NCBI GenBank assembly: GCA_964247055.1
Contig: OZ176052.1
Span: 11,346,001-11,410,000, forward strand
DNA length: 64,000 bases
Source: Paragordius varius
Taxonomy: Eukaryota; Animalia; Nematomorpha
Direction of reading: 5' to 3'
Every line of letters starts with the position of its first letter. Position 1 is the first letter of the stretch. The notes beneath the pieces were generated by a model, which was not told the origin of the DNA, did not search any database, and saw only the letters and a program-made list of their open reading frames with translations. Shown in pieces: positions 1 to 14,405 of the stretch. The translations under genes were made by a program, and so were the position numbers.

Positions 1-51
1 CAAACTTTCCTAAAAAAACATAAAGTAATATAAACATAGAAAATTTCTTAC

Positions 52-3000
52 CCAGTAAAAATTTATCCTGTCTGTCTTAAGTATTACAGGCAAGCTAAAC
101 GTTTAAAAGCTTGTTAAACCTGTTGGATCCAATATTATTAGCCTGATCACCAAACCTTGCCAGATAGGATAAACATTGAAATACTGTCCTAATTTACACA
201 TAAAAAAATATCTTACGTTTGTAAAGTGATAGGAACTCTTTCAGTAGATAATAGGATAGTGTTTAGGCATGATATCCATTTATCATAAAGATTTTCCCCA
301 ACATTATATGGGGAGGGATTTTTCAAGTAACACAATAACAAAATGGTGGTATCCCATATTTTGGAAATGACCTTAGTCATATTTGTATGAAAAGTTTTCA
401 AATAGTTTGTAGGATTGGTAGAAATCGTAGCCAAAAATATCTATAAATAGCAAAAATAATTGATTATTTTTTGTTCAAGGATTTAAATATTGTTTTTTAC
501 GTTTTTAAGCCTACTAGGTCACAATTAACTAATATATAAAACTGAAAATAATTTATAATTTTGCAAAAATTAAATTTTACAATTATTTTATATTAATTTT
601 TTTAAGCAAACGCTCTAAATTTGATTCAGATACAATGTTAGCCACAAAAAGAGTATACGATTTATGGTAAATTTAGATAAAACCGTTATAAAAGAGGTAA
701 TAATATACCTTTTTCAAGTATTGTAGGCCTGTCTCGTGTGAGCCAATCATTTGATAGATGTGGATTGGTAAAGAAATCTTTCTTACATCCTTTACAAAGA
801 GGGATTCTTGACAAACAATATAAAATTCAATAATATAAACGAAATGAAATTTAATTTTTTGAGCTAATATATCTTTTGTATTATGGGTGAAATAATTAGA
901 TGATTATATACAAGTTTGATAGCTTAATTTTTATAAATAATTTAATAACCAGTTTGATTTTTGCCATGTATTATTGGATAGATTATTTTGTTGCACATCC
1001 AATAATTATTTGAAACATTGTTGTTTTTGTTATTTAGTACATTATTGAGATTAATTATGGGCAAATTATTTTTGTGATGGGACCAAACTTCGTATTCTAA
1101 CAGAGATTGTATGCGACGTTGTTCAATTTTTTCAACAAAGCATTCCGATAAATTTGACTAGATGTAGAAATATCATCTAAATTATACTTTTGACTTAAGT
1201 TAATGAATTAATTAATTAATTTGACTTTTAATCATTTTTGGGTCAAACAATAAAACTTCTACGCTTTCTTAAAATTATGTTAGATTTAGTTACCATAAAT
1301 AAAGTTTTTACTTGAAAATTAATGACACTGTGTTACAAAATGGTTTTTTTGGGTCAAAATACGGATTAAAACATTTATTTACTTTAAATGGACTATTAAA
1401 AATATTACATTCTGCAATCGAAAACGCCAATCAACTTGCCAAGCCATAATTCTTATTATATTTGAAACAATAATATTCTAAATTGACTTTTACGGTTAGA
1501 TTGTGGCTCATTTAATTTTAGAGGTGAGTGAGACCCTTTAAAAATTATAAAACCAATAGGACTCCAACGCCATAAACGAAAATCGCGATTACTTATAATG
1601 TGCATTTAAGTCTGTCGTAGAAGTCAAATTCGACCATATTTTACTTATCAAAAATTTATACGTGATGATTTACTTTATAAAAATGTTTAAAATTTAATTT
1701 AATTCACTGAAATATAATTAATAATAATCAAAAAACATGTCTAAAATTTACATCGTGCCAAACATCCATTAAAGATGGAAGAAGATTCGAATTATCATCA
1801 CGTTCTATATCTTGTTGAATGGTAATAAATATTTTCTCCTTACTTAACATTGTGATTATTAAATTGTATAATTGTTTATCTTGAAGACACCAATCTGGAA
1901 ATTTGTAATTTTTATTACATGGATATCTAACTTGCCATTGCTTGTTAAACGTGGTGAATATCTCTGAGAGCTGTACATCCTATGATTTTATAAAAAAATT
2001 AATGGCAATGTTTAAAAGACCAAAATTAATATTAAATAAATATAATTACGTCAACTATTATTGTAAGCATCGCTTGTGCGGCAAGATAACAAGCTTCAAA
2101 GACAAATTTTTTCTCATTTTCAGTTTCTTGAAACCATTTTTCTTGAGAGAAACGATTCTCACTTAACAAAATTTCCGTATTCAACAAATCAAAAAACCAG
2201 GAAAAATCAAAATTTACTTTGTTGACTGCAATGTTTTCACCATTTTGTATTATACAATTGCATAAACCAGCCACATACTTTAACGTATAATATTGAATCT
2301 CCTATATTACATAAATTGGTTTCATTATTAATATTAAAACATCAATATATGAATATGGCCGAAACATTGATTAAATAAGTAATTGTTAAATAAAATTAAA
2401 TTTGATAAAAACTAACTTTACACCCATATTTTAAAACTGTACAATAAACATCTCTGGCTAAATTTTGTGGGGATTGGGGGTCGCAATCTGGGCGTCTTTG
2501 AAACGTAAACCAAAGAGACGATATAATCAATTTGGAAAAATTAATATTGTTGAATTGAATGATTTGATTATATCTAAATTTAATAAATTTGATATTTATC
2601 AGTATAAATTAAAAATTTTACAATTAAATATTTAAAAACTATTTCTTCTAAAAACAAATTAATATATATATATATATATATATATAAACTTTTGTAATAT
2701 TTCACACAGGAAATGATTATATTGTTCAAAAGATGGGTCTATTTCGTTTCTGTGCGTTAATAAATTTCCAATAATCAAAAATTGGGCTTGTATTTTGTTA
2801 AAAGTATTATCTTTTACTTTGTAAGTGCCATAATTAGGATGAGACCCATTGTTGCCCAGAATCTAATGCGAAATTATCATAAATTTTAATTATTTTTTGC
2901 GAAATATTTGAAAAAAAAAATCAGTTATAAACCTCATCCAATAACTCGGAAAAGGGTGTTAAATGACTAATAATATTTGCATAAAACCGGTATCGGAAAT

Positions 3001-6000
3001 TATCGAATATCAAGTTACTATTACTATTATTATTATTATTATTATGATAGGATGGTTTATCCGGTGACAAATGAGTAGTATGGGGCAAAAGAGACAAATA
3101 TCTTGTTCTGGATATAGATTTTACCATATTTGAATGGACAAAATTTTGAAGACTAAACCGTTTAGGTTTACCTTTTTTGCTTTCTGTAATTGTTACTGGA
3201 ATATCTTTGGTAAAAACGGATTTGCTATCATTAATTTTTGTGTTGAGTTTTGTTTCAAACAGGTTAAAAACATGGAATAACCGCTGAAAACAATCCATGC
3301 ACCAAAGTAATTGTTTATCATCAAATATATGTATTTCATCGTGATGTTTAAGTAACATAAGCTTAAGTAAGTTATCTAACGATCTAGTATTAATATTTAT
3401 TTATGATAATTTTTATCATCTTATGAAAAAAATCGTTATTTTCTTTCTGGCCATATAAACTGCAGTTACTAAAATTAAAAAGGCTTCGGTTAATTAATCA
3501 CGTCGCCCTTCCCTCAGAATAAGACTTTCTTTCATTTATTAGTTCATTCCAATTATCATGCACTTTTGAGATTTAAGTAAGGTTTTATGTTCATTTACTT
3601 TAATAACTAGTTTGTGTTTTTCATCATACAAAAACCATTAAGATAATATATTTTTGTACACTTATTTCTAAAAATGGACAAAAACTAAATATAAATTAAA
3701 TTAAATTTTTTTCGATTAGTGAGCCCTTGCCCAAAATAAAGGTCATTATGAGGAGTGTGTAATATGCCATTCTCAAATATTATTCCAATTTTCATTTGAA
3801 ACTGAGAGCCAATTTTTTGATATATCTTAAAATTATTATTTAACTCAGGCATATTATTGGAAATTTTGTGAATTTTCAGCAAAGATTATAAACATTTTTG
3901 TATACGCGATTATAGAGTTTTCTATTGGAGGTAAAGGTAGCGTCGTAATAACTGACAATATGCTTTGCAAATAATTTATGTTGTATTCAATGTCAGCTAA
4001 TCGAGATGACATTTGATTCAAGTTAAGATTTCCATTATGAGGTTTAGTCATCGAGTTATTAATTACATCTATATTATTACCCTGTTGTGATTCATTATTA
4101 TTTGCTTTCTTAGCGAGAAAAGATTTATTTCTGTTGAGTTGGGTAATTTTGGATAATAAATTTGTTAAAGATTTTCTTCGATATTTTGTCATTTTAGGGT
4201 TATTGTTTTTTAGGGCTGATTTTTGGTCATCTAAACTATTCATATTAGAAGGACAATGATTGGCTATATATTTCGTTTCAATGTGTAGAAAATGTTTCGA
4301 TTCAAAGCTATGGACATGATTGATATATTTAATGGGCTTTCGACACTTAAACAATAAATTCTGTGCTAAAATTGTTGTCCAAGCTGTAAAATATGGAACA
4401 TTCTGGATATCAATATCATCATTATTGGTTAAGTTACCCGTTAAATAATGTATATTGTTTTGGAGATAAGAGTAAGCCAAGAAAACAATCGCACTATAAA
4501 AATGCAATATATGAATATTAGAAAAATTTTATCATTAATTTCGGTTAATACAGCTATAAATTTATATGTGGTTATATTAACATAAACATACTTATCATTT
4601 TCTTTAGGGGTATTTAATATCGAGATAGATGCTTGAATATAAGGATCAGCGCATTGATAGCCATAAAAATACGTGACCTATATAGATTAAACTTATTTAT
4701 GTCATTCTAAAATGCTTTTTGTTAATATTGACTTTGCAAAATTTTATGAGTAATTGAAAATGCGTACCATATTACATAATTCACCAAGTAAATAGAGACA
4801 TTTATAGGGAACTTGATGGGACCATTTAGGGTTGAATGTTATATGTTTGCTGTTATCATAATTCTCTGCCTTATCAAATATATTAGATGTGTCTTCGCCA
4901 ATGGTTTTATAATTTAGGATTGCATGCGACAATTTGGTCAAAATATGGTATTTCTCAATGAAAATGCGTAAAATAAATTTTTGAGTATCCATGTATTGAT
5001 TACTAAACATTGGTTTAAAATAATGAAGTGAATCCAAATTAAAAATTTTGATCGATTGTCAAACAAGAGCTAATCAATTTATATGAGTTAACCACCTGTT
5101 ACTTAATTAGGTTGTCTTTTTTTATTTAGTGCCAATTTTTAAGTGGATACATTCAAGAAAATCACATCTTTAAAATCTTAAAATCGGTTATAATTTCAAT
5201 ATAGCCATTAAATATAATTATTATCATTCAGCATATGTAAAATGCGGAGATCGTCATTAAAAACCTTTGTAATTTTAAAAGTATAATAGCGCTTATATAT
5301 ATATAATAAAAAACAAACAAATTAGTTAACCCTGATAGAAAAATGATAGGAGATGTAAAAAACGTTATATAAATTTAATTATAAAGACACCGGCGATATT
5401 TAATAAAATATAAAGTCCTAAATACATATATAAAATGTTGATAAATATCTAAGCCAAATGACTGAGAGAAGCCCATTTACTTTCAATTTATACAACTCCA
5501 CTATAATATGATTAAGATCGCCAACTGGTATTTTAGTTCCCATAAAAATGTGATTCTGGTTAATAAAAACATTTTCCAAAAAAATTGAAAGAGACACGTT
5601 TTGACAAGGAAAATTATTTTAAACCTTTAATTAATGGGCTAGAAAATAAAAAAATACCTAGACGATTTATAAAAGTTTAGCAATTCTTCTGCCACGAACC
5701 CAGTTGAAAGTTTCCAATCTTCAAGTGTATGTGAGGCACTTTTTTCTAAAAAAATATATCCATTTATTATGTAGGGTTCATTAATTTAATTAAAAAAATT
5801 ATAAATGTCATAAAGCTTTAATTGACAAATACAATTTTAGTAAAAAGAATAATTAAACTATCAGCATCTTAATGTAAAAATATGTTAAAAATGGTGAAAC
5901 ATTACCTTTCCATTCAATGATATGTTCAACACTCTCAAATGATTCTACTATGGTCGGAAAGGGTATGTGAAATAATTTAGCTAGCAGATCCAATATAAAT

Positions 6001-9000
6001 ATCTAAAATAAATATAAAATTTTTGCATAACTGAAACGTTCTTAATTTTACAGACTTACTTATTTTCCTAGACTTAGAGTTTATTAATTTCTTATATGAT
6101 AATCAATATTAATTTATATCTTATCGTTGCATAGAGAAAATGTATTTAAAACAATATTAATTTTTATATTGTATCTTAGAAAAAAAGTCTATATTATTAT
6201 TCCATAGAATACATTATCACGAATATTTAGGGATATAAACTGGTAATCTTTTAGGCAAGCGAGGAGTAAATCACAGAAGATTAAAACAAAATAAAAATTG
6301 CGACACCTTGTTATAAAACAAATACCACTTAACTATTATTTTAAACTTTCCAGCTTGTACCCTGTGCAACCTATTAAACATATTTTTTAACCTTAAGTGT
6401 CCTTGTAGATATTTTAGATAATTGGGTAAAATGCATTTACCGTATAATTATTGTAAATATCTTTAACCTAGCACACTTAAATAACCTTGCTTTTGACAAC
6501 AATAAATATTGCTATATTTATTAAAGATTCAGTTATATGCTTTTACCATATTTTATTTGGTACGGTTGAACGGATATTTTATTATCATATAATCTTTAGG
6601 CAATGAATAATGAATAATTGGATCTAGTCCATGCCAAATATTAGGGAAGGTTTCTTTTTTGTTAAAAGAAATTGGTTTGTTACCATGGTTTTTTTTACTT
6701 TAAGTAAAAATGGATAAAATAATTTTTTAAGTAGAAAATTTAGGGTTCATCATCGGAAATAAATAAATCTATCGGATACTATTAAGATCATTCGCGTGTG
6801 TTTAACCCCTAACGGGCAAAACGAACCTCTGATCATTTTTGGGTTATTTGAATTTTCATTCTTGGTTCTTATCTTCTCTAACCACAATTGTTGCCGATAT
6901 TCATCCGAAATCAATAGAAAGTCGCTAAGATGGATTAAAAAACATCAATCGACTTTAATATATTGTACTACCCTGAGACCGAAAATTTAGCCGATTCACT
7001 ATTGAGATTATTAATAAGTCAATAGAGGATTTTGATCAGAATGAGAAAACACAAAAGATTCGATAACTATGGTGTGAGAATTCAAACCTAAACAAGGATA
7101 GCGTACTATAGGAAACAAATCACCACGAAAAACCAATGATTGGACTCCCTATACGGTACAGCCTTATAAACCATTGACTTAGGTGACACTCTTTATAGTT
7201 TGGCAATAAATATGGGCTGATATTCTTGCTTACTTTCAAAAGGGTCCTGGCATTTAATTCATGAAAGCATTAGGTAAAACTGAGATTTTTTGAAAATTCA
7301 ACCTTTAATAGAGAAATGGGTGCAAGGGTGGTCAAGTTGTCAATAGTCACGGTTAAACAAAGCCGTGAGCCCGACTTAATGGAATTCGAACACCACACAT
7401 TAGCTTGCATCCCGATGTAGCGACCCGTAGATAACTTCTATTAGGTCATACTAGATGTGGCGCAACTTAAAACGGTAAACTCGGCCAGTATCTAGAAAGT
7501 TCTAAAATTTGGGTATGCATGGTATCTGACCTTAGAGATTATGTAGCTGATATGCGTCTAAATTTACTGATGATTTTAAAAAAAATATTAAGTACCACTA
7601 ATATTAAAATGTACCGTCTGCGCCACACACCCTCGAACAAATGGTATAGTGGAAGGGTTAATCAAACCTTGAAAAAACACTATGACGTGTGCAATTCTGC
7701 AATAGCAGACCCAGCGGTTAAACAGGTAATGTGAGCTTACAGGTCAGCACTCACAATGTTATAAATAGGCGGCAAGAATATTCTTAAAATTTAACGACAC
7801 AGTTCTCCTGGATGACAGAGGAACCAAAGAATTACAATTATAGCAGTTCAGATAGTATAAGTGAATATCTGGCGAGAAAGAGCTCATAAATAATGAGTTA
7901 GAAGCTAGTTGGGGAGAAGAGAAAGTAGTAGACTAAACTGGGTTATCAAACACAACGATGATATAGGTAAGATTTTACGGAAGCACACGGATCAGTAAGG
8001 AGCTAGAAAAGAAGGTCCAAATTGAGTGTACTAAAAAAATTTGAACAGAAAACGTATAAATATTATAATGTTAATATCCCCTTTCATGGTCCGATAACTA
8101 AATTCCCAATCAAAAAAAGTTTTTCCAATCATTCGAAACATTTTTCCAGCCAATCGAAACGCTTTTCCAGTCAATTGAAACATTTCCCCAGTCAATAAAA
8201 ATTTTCCTAATCAATAAAAGCGGTTTTATTTTTGATGATAAATATAAAAATAAGATATAAAAATAACTTTTAATCATTAAGAGCACACTAAAACACAATT
8301 TGAATGAATTTTTTTTATTATATGCCAAGACTCAAACATTACTTATTAGCTATTAACTGGATGAATATATTAGGGTTTTTGAGATATTTATATTTAATTT
8401 AATAATTGAGATCGATGGATCACATAAATATTCTGGGCTAACCTATGAATATATCTATAGTTTCGAAGAAAAAATTTAAAAAATATACCATTAGACAAGT
8501 TGGTCATTTAAAACTATAACTTGGTTTTTTAACATTTCAAATTCCTTGATAAAAATACTTTTGGAAAAACAACATATCTAACAAAAAAATATTTTTAGAT
8601 GAAAAATGCTGATTTTGAATGAAACAATATTTAATAAAATATTTAGCTAAAAGATCAATACATTGTATAAATTTTGGTAAGCAAGTTAATAGTAAAGAAC
8701 AAATGTTTAAAATCAATTTGAAATGTTAAATGACCAACTTGGGATTCAAATAAATTTTTTAATTTTTCATCCAAAACTATAGATATTTATAGGTTAACCC
8801 CGAATATTAATGCGAATAATTGATCTAAGCTTTTTAGAATATTTTTCATATATAAACCATAAAATACACATCCAGTTACTAAAATATAACTTTTAAAGAA
8901 TAAGTTATTAAAGATAATATATTAGCAAAAAATATAAAAAATTTTATTCAATGATTGAGATGGTCTAAAAATATATCCTTATTAGTGTGCTCCTAATGAT

Positions 9001-12000
9001 TAAAAGTTATTAATATATCTTGTGATTTTTATCATCAAAAATAAAACCGTTTTTATTGACTGGGAAAATGATTCGATGACTGGGACAACGTTTCGATTGA
9101 CTAGGAAACGTTTTATTTGAGTGAGATATGTTACACTAATGATCGGATATCAAACAATAACTCAACAATTATCCATAAATCCTCCATTTGAGGTACCACT
9201 CAAAGAATAGAAGCTATCCCCCATCAGAATCAGAAAAGGCCTGACAGATGATCCAACTCACTTTTGAACAATTTTAAGGTGGCTTTTGTTAAAATAGTTA
9301 TCTCCTCATATATAAAATGGTGAACATTTTATGAGCTACAAAGATCATCAAGATATAAAAATTTTAGTAAAAAGGGATGATTTATATTAATTATGTATAT
9401 TAAATCATCATCTAATTCGATTCTATCTTGTGTGTATTTGCCATACTATATTTTTATTGTTTATGATCACAAGTTAAATAATAATAATATATATATAATA
9501 CCGATGTCAAAGGCAAGTCTGATGATAGAACTAACGTTTCTATTAAACTTTCAAACGAAGTGGGGATCCCTCTATGTTTAGAGTCATTCAAAAGACATAA
9601 AATACCTAAAAATTGAGATATATAAATAAATAGATAAAAGTAATTTTTACCTGGCCAGTGATTTAAACATAAGTATATGGATCGAATACAGTTACGACCT
9701 TGAAGCATCAGCATATTAATTCTATTTTTTTAAAAATAATCTGTAAAAGAATAATCATATATATTATATTTCTATATAAAAAATATAATGTTATGTTGAA
9801 TCATATAAGCTAATTTTTTAAAAACTCAATCCTAACTATCAATATATTTAACTTTTATATAAAACATTAGTAAAGGGTTTACTTATTTATGTGAGATGTA
9901 TATACAAGGCCGTAATCCTTTTCAGTTATCATTTTGGTCATTTTTATTTTTGTTATGCGACAGATAATATCGTATTGGGAGTCTAAGTGTCCATTTGTAA
10001 AAACCGCCAATATAGGCTAAAAATGTTATAAAATGACATGAAAATTAGCTCATGGTTAAAAACATTTTAGGAATAATAAAAAATTAGTTTTGATTTTATA
10101 CCTGAAATAATGAGTTATAATGGGCCTCTATGGAAGACATCGCACTACAGTTCTCCAAACCTTTAAGAACGGAAAGTACAATTGAATCAATTATAAAATG
10201 ACATTTTTCGGGCTCAACTTTAGCCGAGTGCATAAACATGATAGATTCCACCAGCAAAAATGGTAAAAGAGGTATTAATTTTCGGATGTTATTGAGGTAT
10301 TTAACAACTAATTTCATAAAATTTTTAAAATATACCTATTATGCAAAATATTCCGATAATTGTTGGATAACATTTAAGAGCACCCGATTTTAGGGCTTGG
10401 CCATCTCTTATATTGTCCGTTATAAATACGAATTGTTTGAACATAAAAACCAAACTATTAACAAGTTTATTTTGCTCTAAATTTTGTAAAATCCAAATCT
10501 TGACACATCGTATAAAGATTGGATTTTCAGACATATTTTGGCCAATTAAATCTCTGTGTATGATAAAAGAATAGATCATACTTTAACAAATAAAAATCTA
10601 AACAGGCTAACGTTTTTCCTTCATCCAAAATATTTAGTATAAGTGTGTAAAAATTATCTTTATCTTCTAAGTATTGTTTATAAACATATTTCTCATGACT
10701 TTTGTAATCGAGATTGCTCATCAAATTTAGGATTGCACCCCTTTTCAGTTTTTAATATAATTAGAGGGTCCAGAATATTGTCGGATAACACCGCAGATGT
10801 TTGTAAGTTTTATATTGGCAATAATATATCTAAGGATGAAATAAAATTTATTAAATATTACAGCTTTTATAAAAAATACCCTCTAGTAATATACAAATAA
10901 AGCTAATTCTGTAAACAGATTGGATGATATTGTAGAGCTTATATGTTATTTCAATTTTTTATTCTTTACCCAAATAGTTTTAAAAAATCTCAGGGTCTAA
11001 AAATTTCCAATTCAAAATACCACGCAGAAAGTCTATTGATTTGTGAACTTTTTAATTAATTAGGAAATCGACAATATATTGTATTTTTTACATGGAGACG
11101 ACGATACAAATGAATTGTTAAAAAAGAGTTTGAAATTATTAAAGTAACATAAAATGCTTTGACGTTTAATCCTATATATATAATAAGAATTTATATAAAA
11201 GAGAGTATTTGGTAACTCTTGTGAAAAGGCGTATTTATTCTAAACAAACATTATAAGCAGTTACACGGAAATAAAGCTTGACCAAGGCCCTCAAAAACCA
11301 ATATGAAAATTAAGATAATAAACTTGTCATATTTAATAAATGTTTGCATAATAGATTATTTGACTTATTTTTAAAGCTATGAAGTTCTATCCGTATCCCT
11401 TAAAAAATAAGCTAAATAATTAAATTTTTACCCAATGATCGGCACTAAAATTTAAATTTTCATATGTAAACTTGGTGTAACACATTTCATATGTTAAAAA
11501 ATTAATTGTCCTAAATTATCATAAAATGTTTATTTAAAATCATGTTTTGATGCAGTTATATCCCAAAGTAGAATTGAGCCTATTTTAAAATATGCTTTTT
11601 TAGACTTTTTGGGCACATGACACAGAAAGAGCTTTTTTAAAAGTAAAATGTAAAAAAATCCCCATTTCAAATTTTTCCCCGCCATATTATCCAACACGTA
11701 AATAACTGTATATTATGGTTTAAAATACAAATAATTAACTTTGGAAAATTTTTAAATTGCAGCTCAGAATTTTTATATTTTTGATTGTTTTAATATTGTT
11801 TTGGTATCTGCATTTGAGACTCCAGAAGTTAAATAAATATAATAAAATATATATGCAAAAGAAGAGAATTTGTTAATTAAATTTTATAATCAGAACGACT
11901 TTCCAAACAGGGGTTTGTTTCCTTTAAACTCTGGAGTCCAAAGCCCTAAAATGTCATGAAGGACAATTAAAATGTAATGAAGTGTTGAAACTATGAATAG

Positions 12001-13050
12001 AGCACTATTGGTTTATAATTTAAAGTATTTTTTTGTTAAACATTGTAAAGCAAATTAAAAAATAATGATATAAAGCTGCAGATTAAACTTGGGAATTATG
12101 AGTGCCCTACAGGTTGTTATTTTACAAACATTAGTGTTGTTTAAATTTTATCTAAAATAATATTATTTAGTTTTCTTAAACATTTTATATTTTAACATAC
12201 CATTTTTTTGCAACGATAATAAAAAATTGAAAAATAAGCGGCAAAAATTTAGGATGATTAGAGTATTTTGGGCTGCGTTTTATCTTATTAAACCTTTTTG
12301 AACATTCTTTATAGAAAATTTTTGCTAATTCTGATTTTGGTTTTGGCCCTTACAAGTAATATAGAAAGTTAATTATTTTTTGAATAACTGCTGTATATAA
12401 AAAAATGACTAAATTTTAAATTTTTTAAAGAAATTTTTTGGTGAAAGCGAAAATATCATTATCTGAAATTACAAACTAAATTTTTTTTAAAAAAACTAAT
12501 TTTTAAAAGCGCTCCAAAATCTTAAAGAGTATCGTTTCCGTCATGGCTGAAAATAGTTTAAGTCTCATCAAAATTTTGCTAAAAATTATTGAAAATGATA
12601 TGCATTTTTTTAAATAATATTTTTTTAAATAAAAATTATTTTTACCGCCTAATCCCGGCATTTTTGCGTTTATTTTAAGAGAACAACCCTTTTAGAAAAG
12701 CGAAAAATTTAGAGGTTTCGGAGCTCACGTCTAAACCTAAATCTCTTTAAAAGTATTGTGTTGCTTTTTTTACGCAGTCTATGATATATTTTGGTGTTTT
12801 TGGAATAAAGCCATTAGTTTTCACCAAAACACATTTATTGAAAAGGTGGGCAAATATTGCCAAATTCTGATCAGGAGCATTACCAAAAAGTGTAAATAAC
12901 TTTGTTAAACCTCTCGTGAGGGCCAAAGCCAGAAGCACATGATAATTCTAGTATAATCTTAGTACATCCTATCAAAATATATAGATTCAGCCAACTTTTT
13001 TGGACACTGTGAGAAATATGATCAACATAATAATTACTCATTGCATTTAA
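52..13050 (-). CDS. NUP205: Large multi-exon helical-solenoid protein, tentatively nucleoporin Nup205-like; 3' end runs off the window and the 5' end is unresolved
   Basis: Many exon-like minus-strand segments (ORFs at 10527, 10325, 10096, 9454, 4744, 3854, 2921, 2032, 213, plus small exons) are bounded by GT/AG, including a 25-nt intron at 95-119. Blocks resemble remembered Nup205 motifs in collinear order: LILNILDEG (~LSLLEEG), CIRSIYLCLNHWP..ISQFLG (~LNLLITSLECNPPNLALYLLG), RGIPTSFESLIETL (~GCPRTCLHAILNIL), HTLEDWK near 5700 (~HALESWR), LSHAIL (~LSQAVL). Similarity is weak and the full exon chain was not resolved. Confidence 0.5.
7190..7760 (+). mobile_element. Degenerate LTR-retrotransposon (Ty3/gypsy-type) integrase relic in a host intron
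   Basis: 7628-7678 reads HPRTNGIVE/RVNQTLKK with a 1-nt deletion (integrase H-P-x-T-N-G-x-V-E-R-x-N-x-T-L-K motif). Upstream are GNKYGLIF (7202) and MVSD (7519), in DDE order. The tract is richer in GC than its flanks. Confidence 0.7.
8105..9125. repeat. ~1-kb degenerate inverted repeat (foldback/MITE-like) with 20-nt tandem subrepeats at the outer ends
   Basis: The arm at ~8130-8545 is the reverse complement of ~8715-9120. Matching pairs: ataaaagcggttttatttttgatgata / atcatcaaaaataaaaccgtttttattg; taactggatg / catccagtta; caagttggtcattta / aaatgaccaacttg. Spacer ~170 nt. The outer ends carry TTTTCCAGTCAATCGAAAC-like repeats. Confidence 0.8.
11530..11990 (-). mobile_element. Diverged copy of the TTAA-CACTTCAT MITE family (family A); further fragments at ~12090-12730
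   Basis: Ends in aatgtaatgaagtgttg like other family A termini. Contains the tatcccaaag...aaaaaatccccatttcaaatttttccccgccat block seen at 27600-27850, 53850-54269 and 55331-55849. Confidence 0.5.
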
Positions 13051-14405
13051 AAGCATTTTAGGAATCTAATTTTGACAGCATTTGAATCCAATTGAAAATC
13101 AGCTACTGATATTAATATTATGACTATCAAATTGCTGCCAAAACAAAAGCATTTAAATCCAATTGTTATTTATTATTAACATAAGTTTTAGTTTAACATT
13201 ATTTTAGCAATCATAATCCAAACAAAATTAGTGGAAGTTTGAGATGATGAATTTTTCCAATTTTTTATGTGAAAAATATTTTGTGAATAGTGCGCCTAAA
13301 AGGCCATAGAATGCATATGTTTAAATTCTAGATATTTTTAAGATGTTTATATAGCGCTTTTGTTTATTAACACAAAAGGTAAAGTATTAAGCATGTAGAA
13401 TTTTAATTTAGCCCATAAACGGTATAAAATAATGAAATATATCATTGATTTTACAAAAACCATACAGATAAATATGAGATGCGTTATATTTTACCGAAAA
13501 GTACCTAGATTACATACCATGCCTAATAATATAATTGTGCCTAACCCATCAGATTTCAAAGTAATTACTTTGAAAGAATTTAAAGAAATTAATGGTTCTC
13601 TATAAAATCTCGCACAATCGCATGTATGTCGGTTTTATTTGTTTTGTTACAGATTGCTATAATTATGCATAAAAATTGAGATCTAATCCAACTCAATATA
13701 TATATTTTTCAATCATTGAAAATATAAACCGTATGCAAAAAAAATGCGCGTTTCATCTTTAACTCTAAAGGCAAAAGACTTGAATACAAAAATTGAACAC
13801 AAAAACGAATGTTCCACGCATTTACATTTACATTCATTTGCTTAAATAATATAATCGATGTTTGAAACTGTTAATAAAGGACGTTATGTAAAAAATGTTA
13901 GTTTGATGTATTGACAAAATATTTTTATCAATTGTCAAAAAAAGTTGTTATCGGCAAATTGCTGTGGAGTGACACACTTTTTAGAGTTCCATTATTGAAA
14001 AATGGTGATTTAAAGTAGGCAAAATTAAAAAAACAAAACTTAACGAAACGATTGTTTTTATGAACGTCGCTATTTGCAACCTTGATTTCTCTAGACCCTA
14101 TGGTTTTGGGTTACAAAATAGAGAACAGAGATATAAAATAGTAATATACTTATTTATTTATTACACATTTAAATCATACATATAATATATATAGGCTTTA
14201 TTTGGAGAAAATCAAAATCGAAAAATAAATTTTTTTATCAGGATTTTACCAGTAAACCTAACATAATAATTATACATTAATTAATTGAAATACAATTAGA
14301 ATATATTATTGTAGATTATAGAGTCTATCTAAAAATAATTTACTTTACATGGAAAATAGGAGATTACAGAACTAGTAGATAATTGGAAAATGTTTATAAA
14401 TTATA

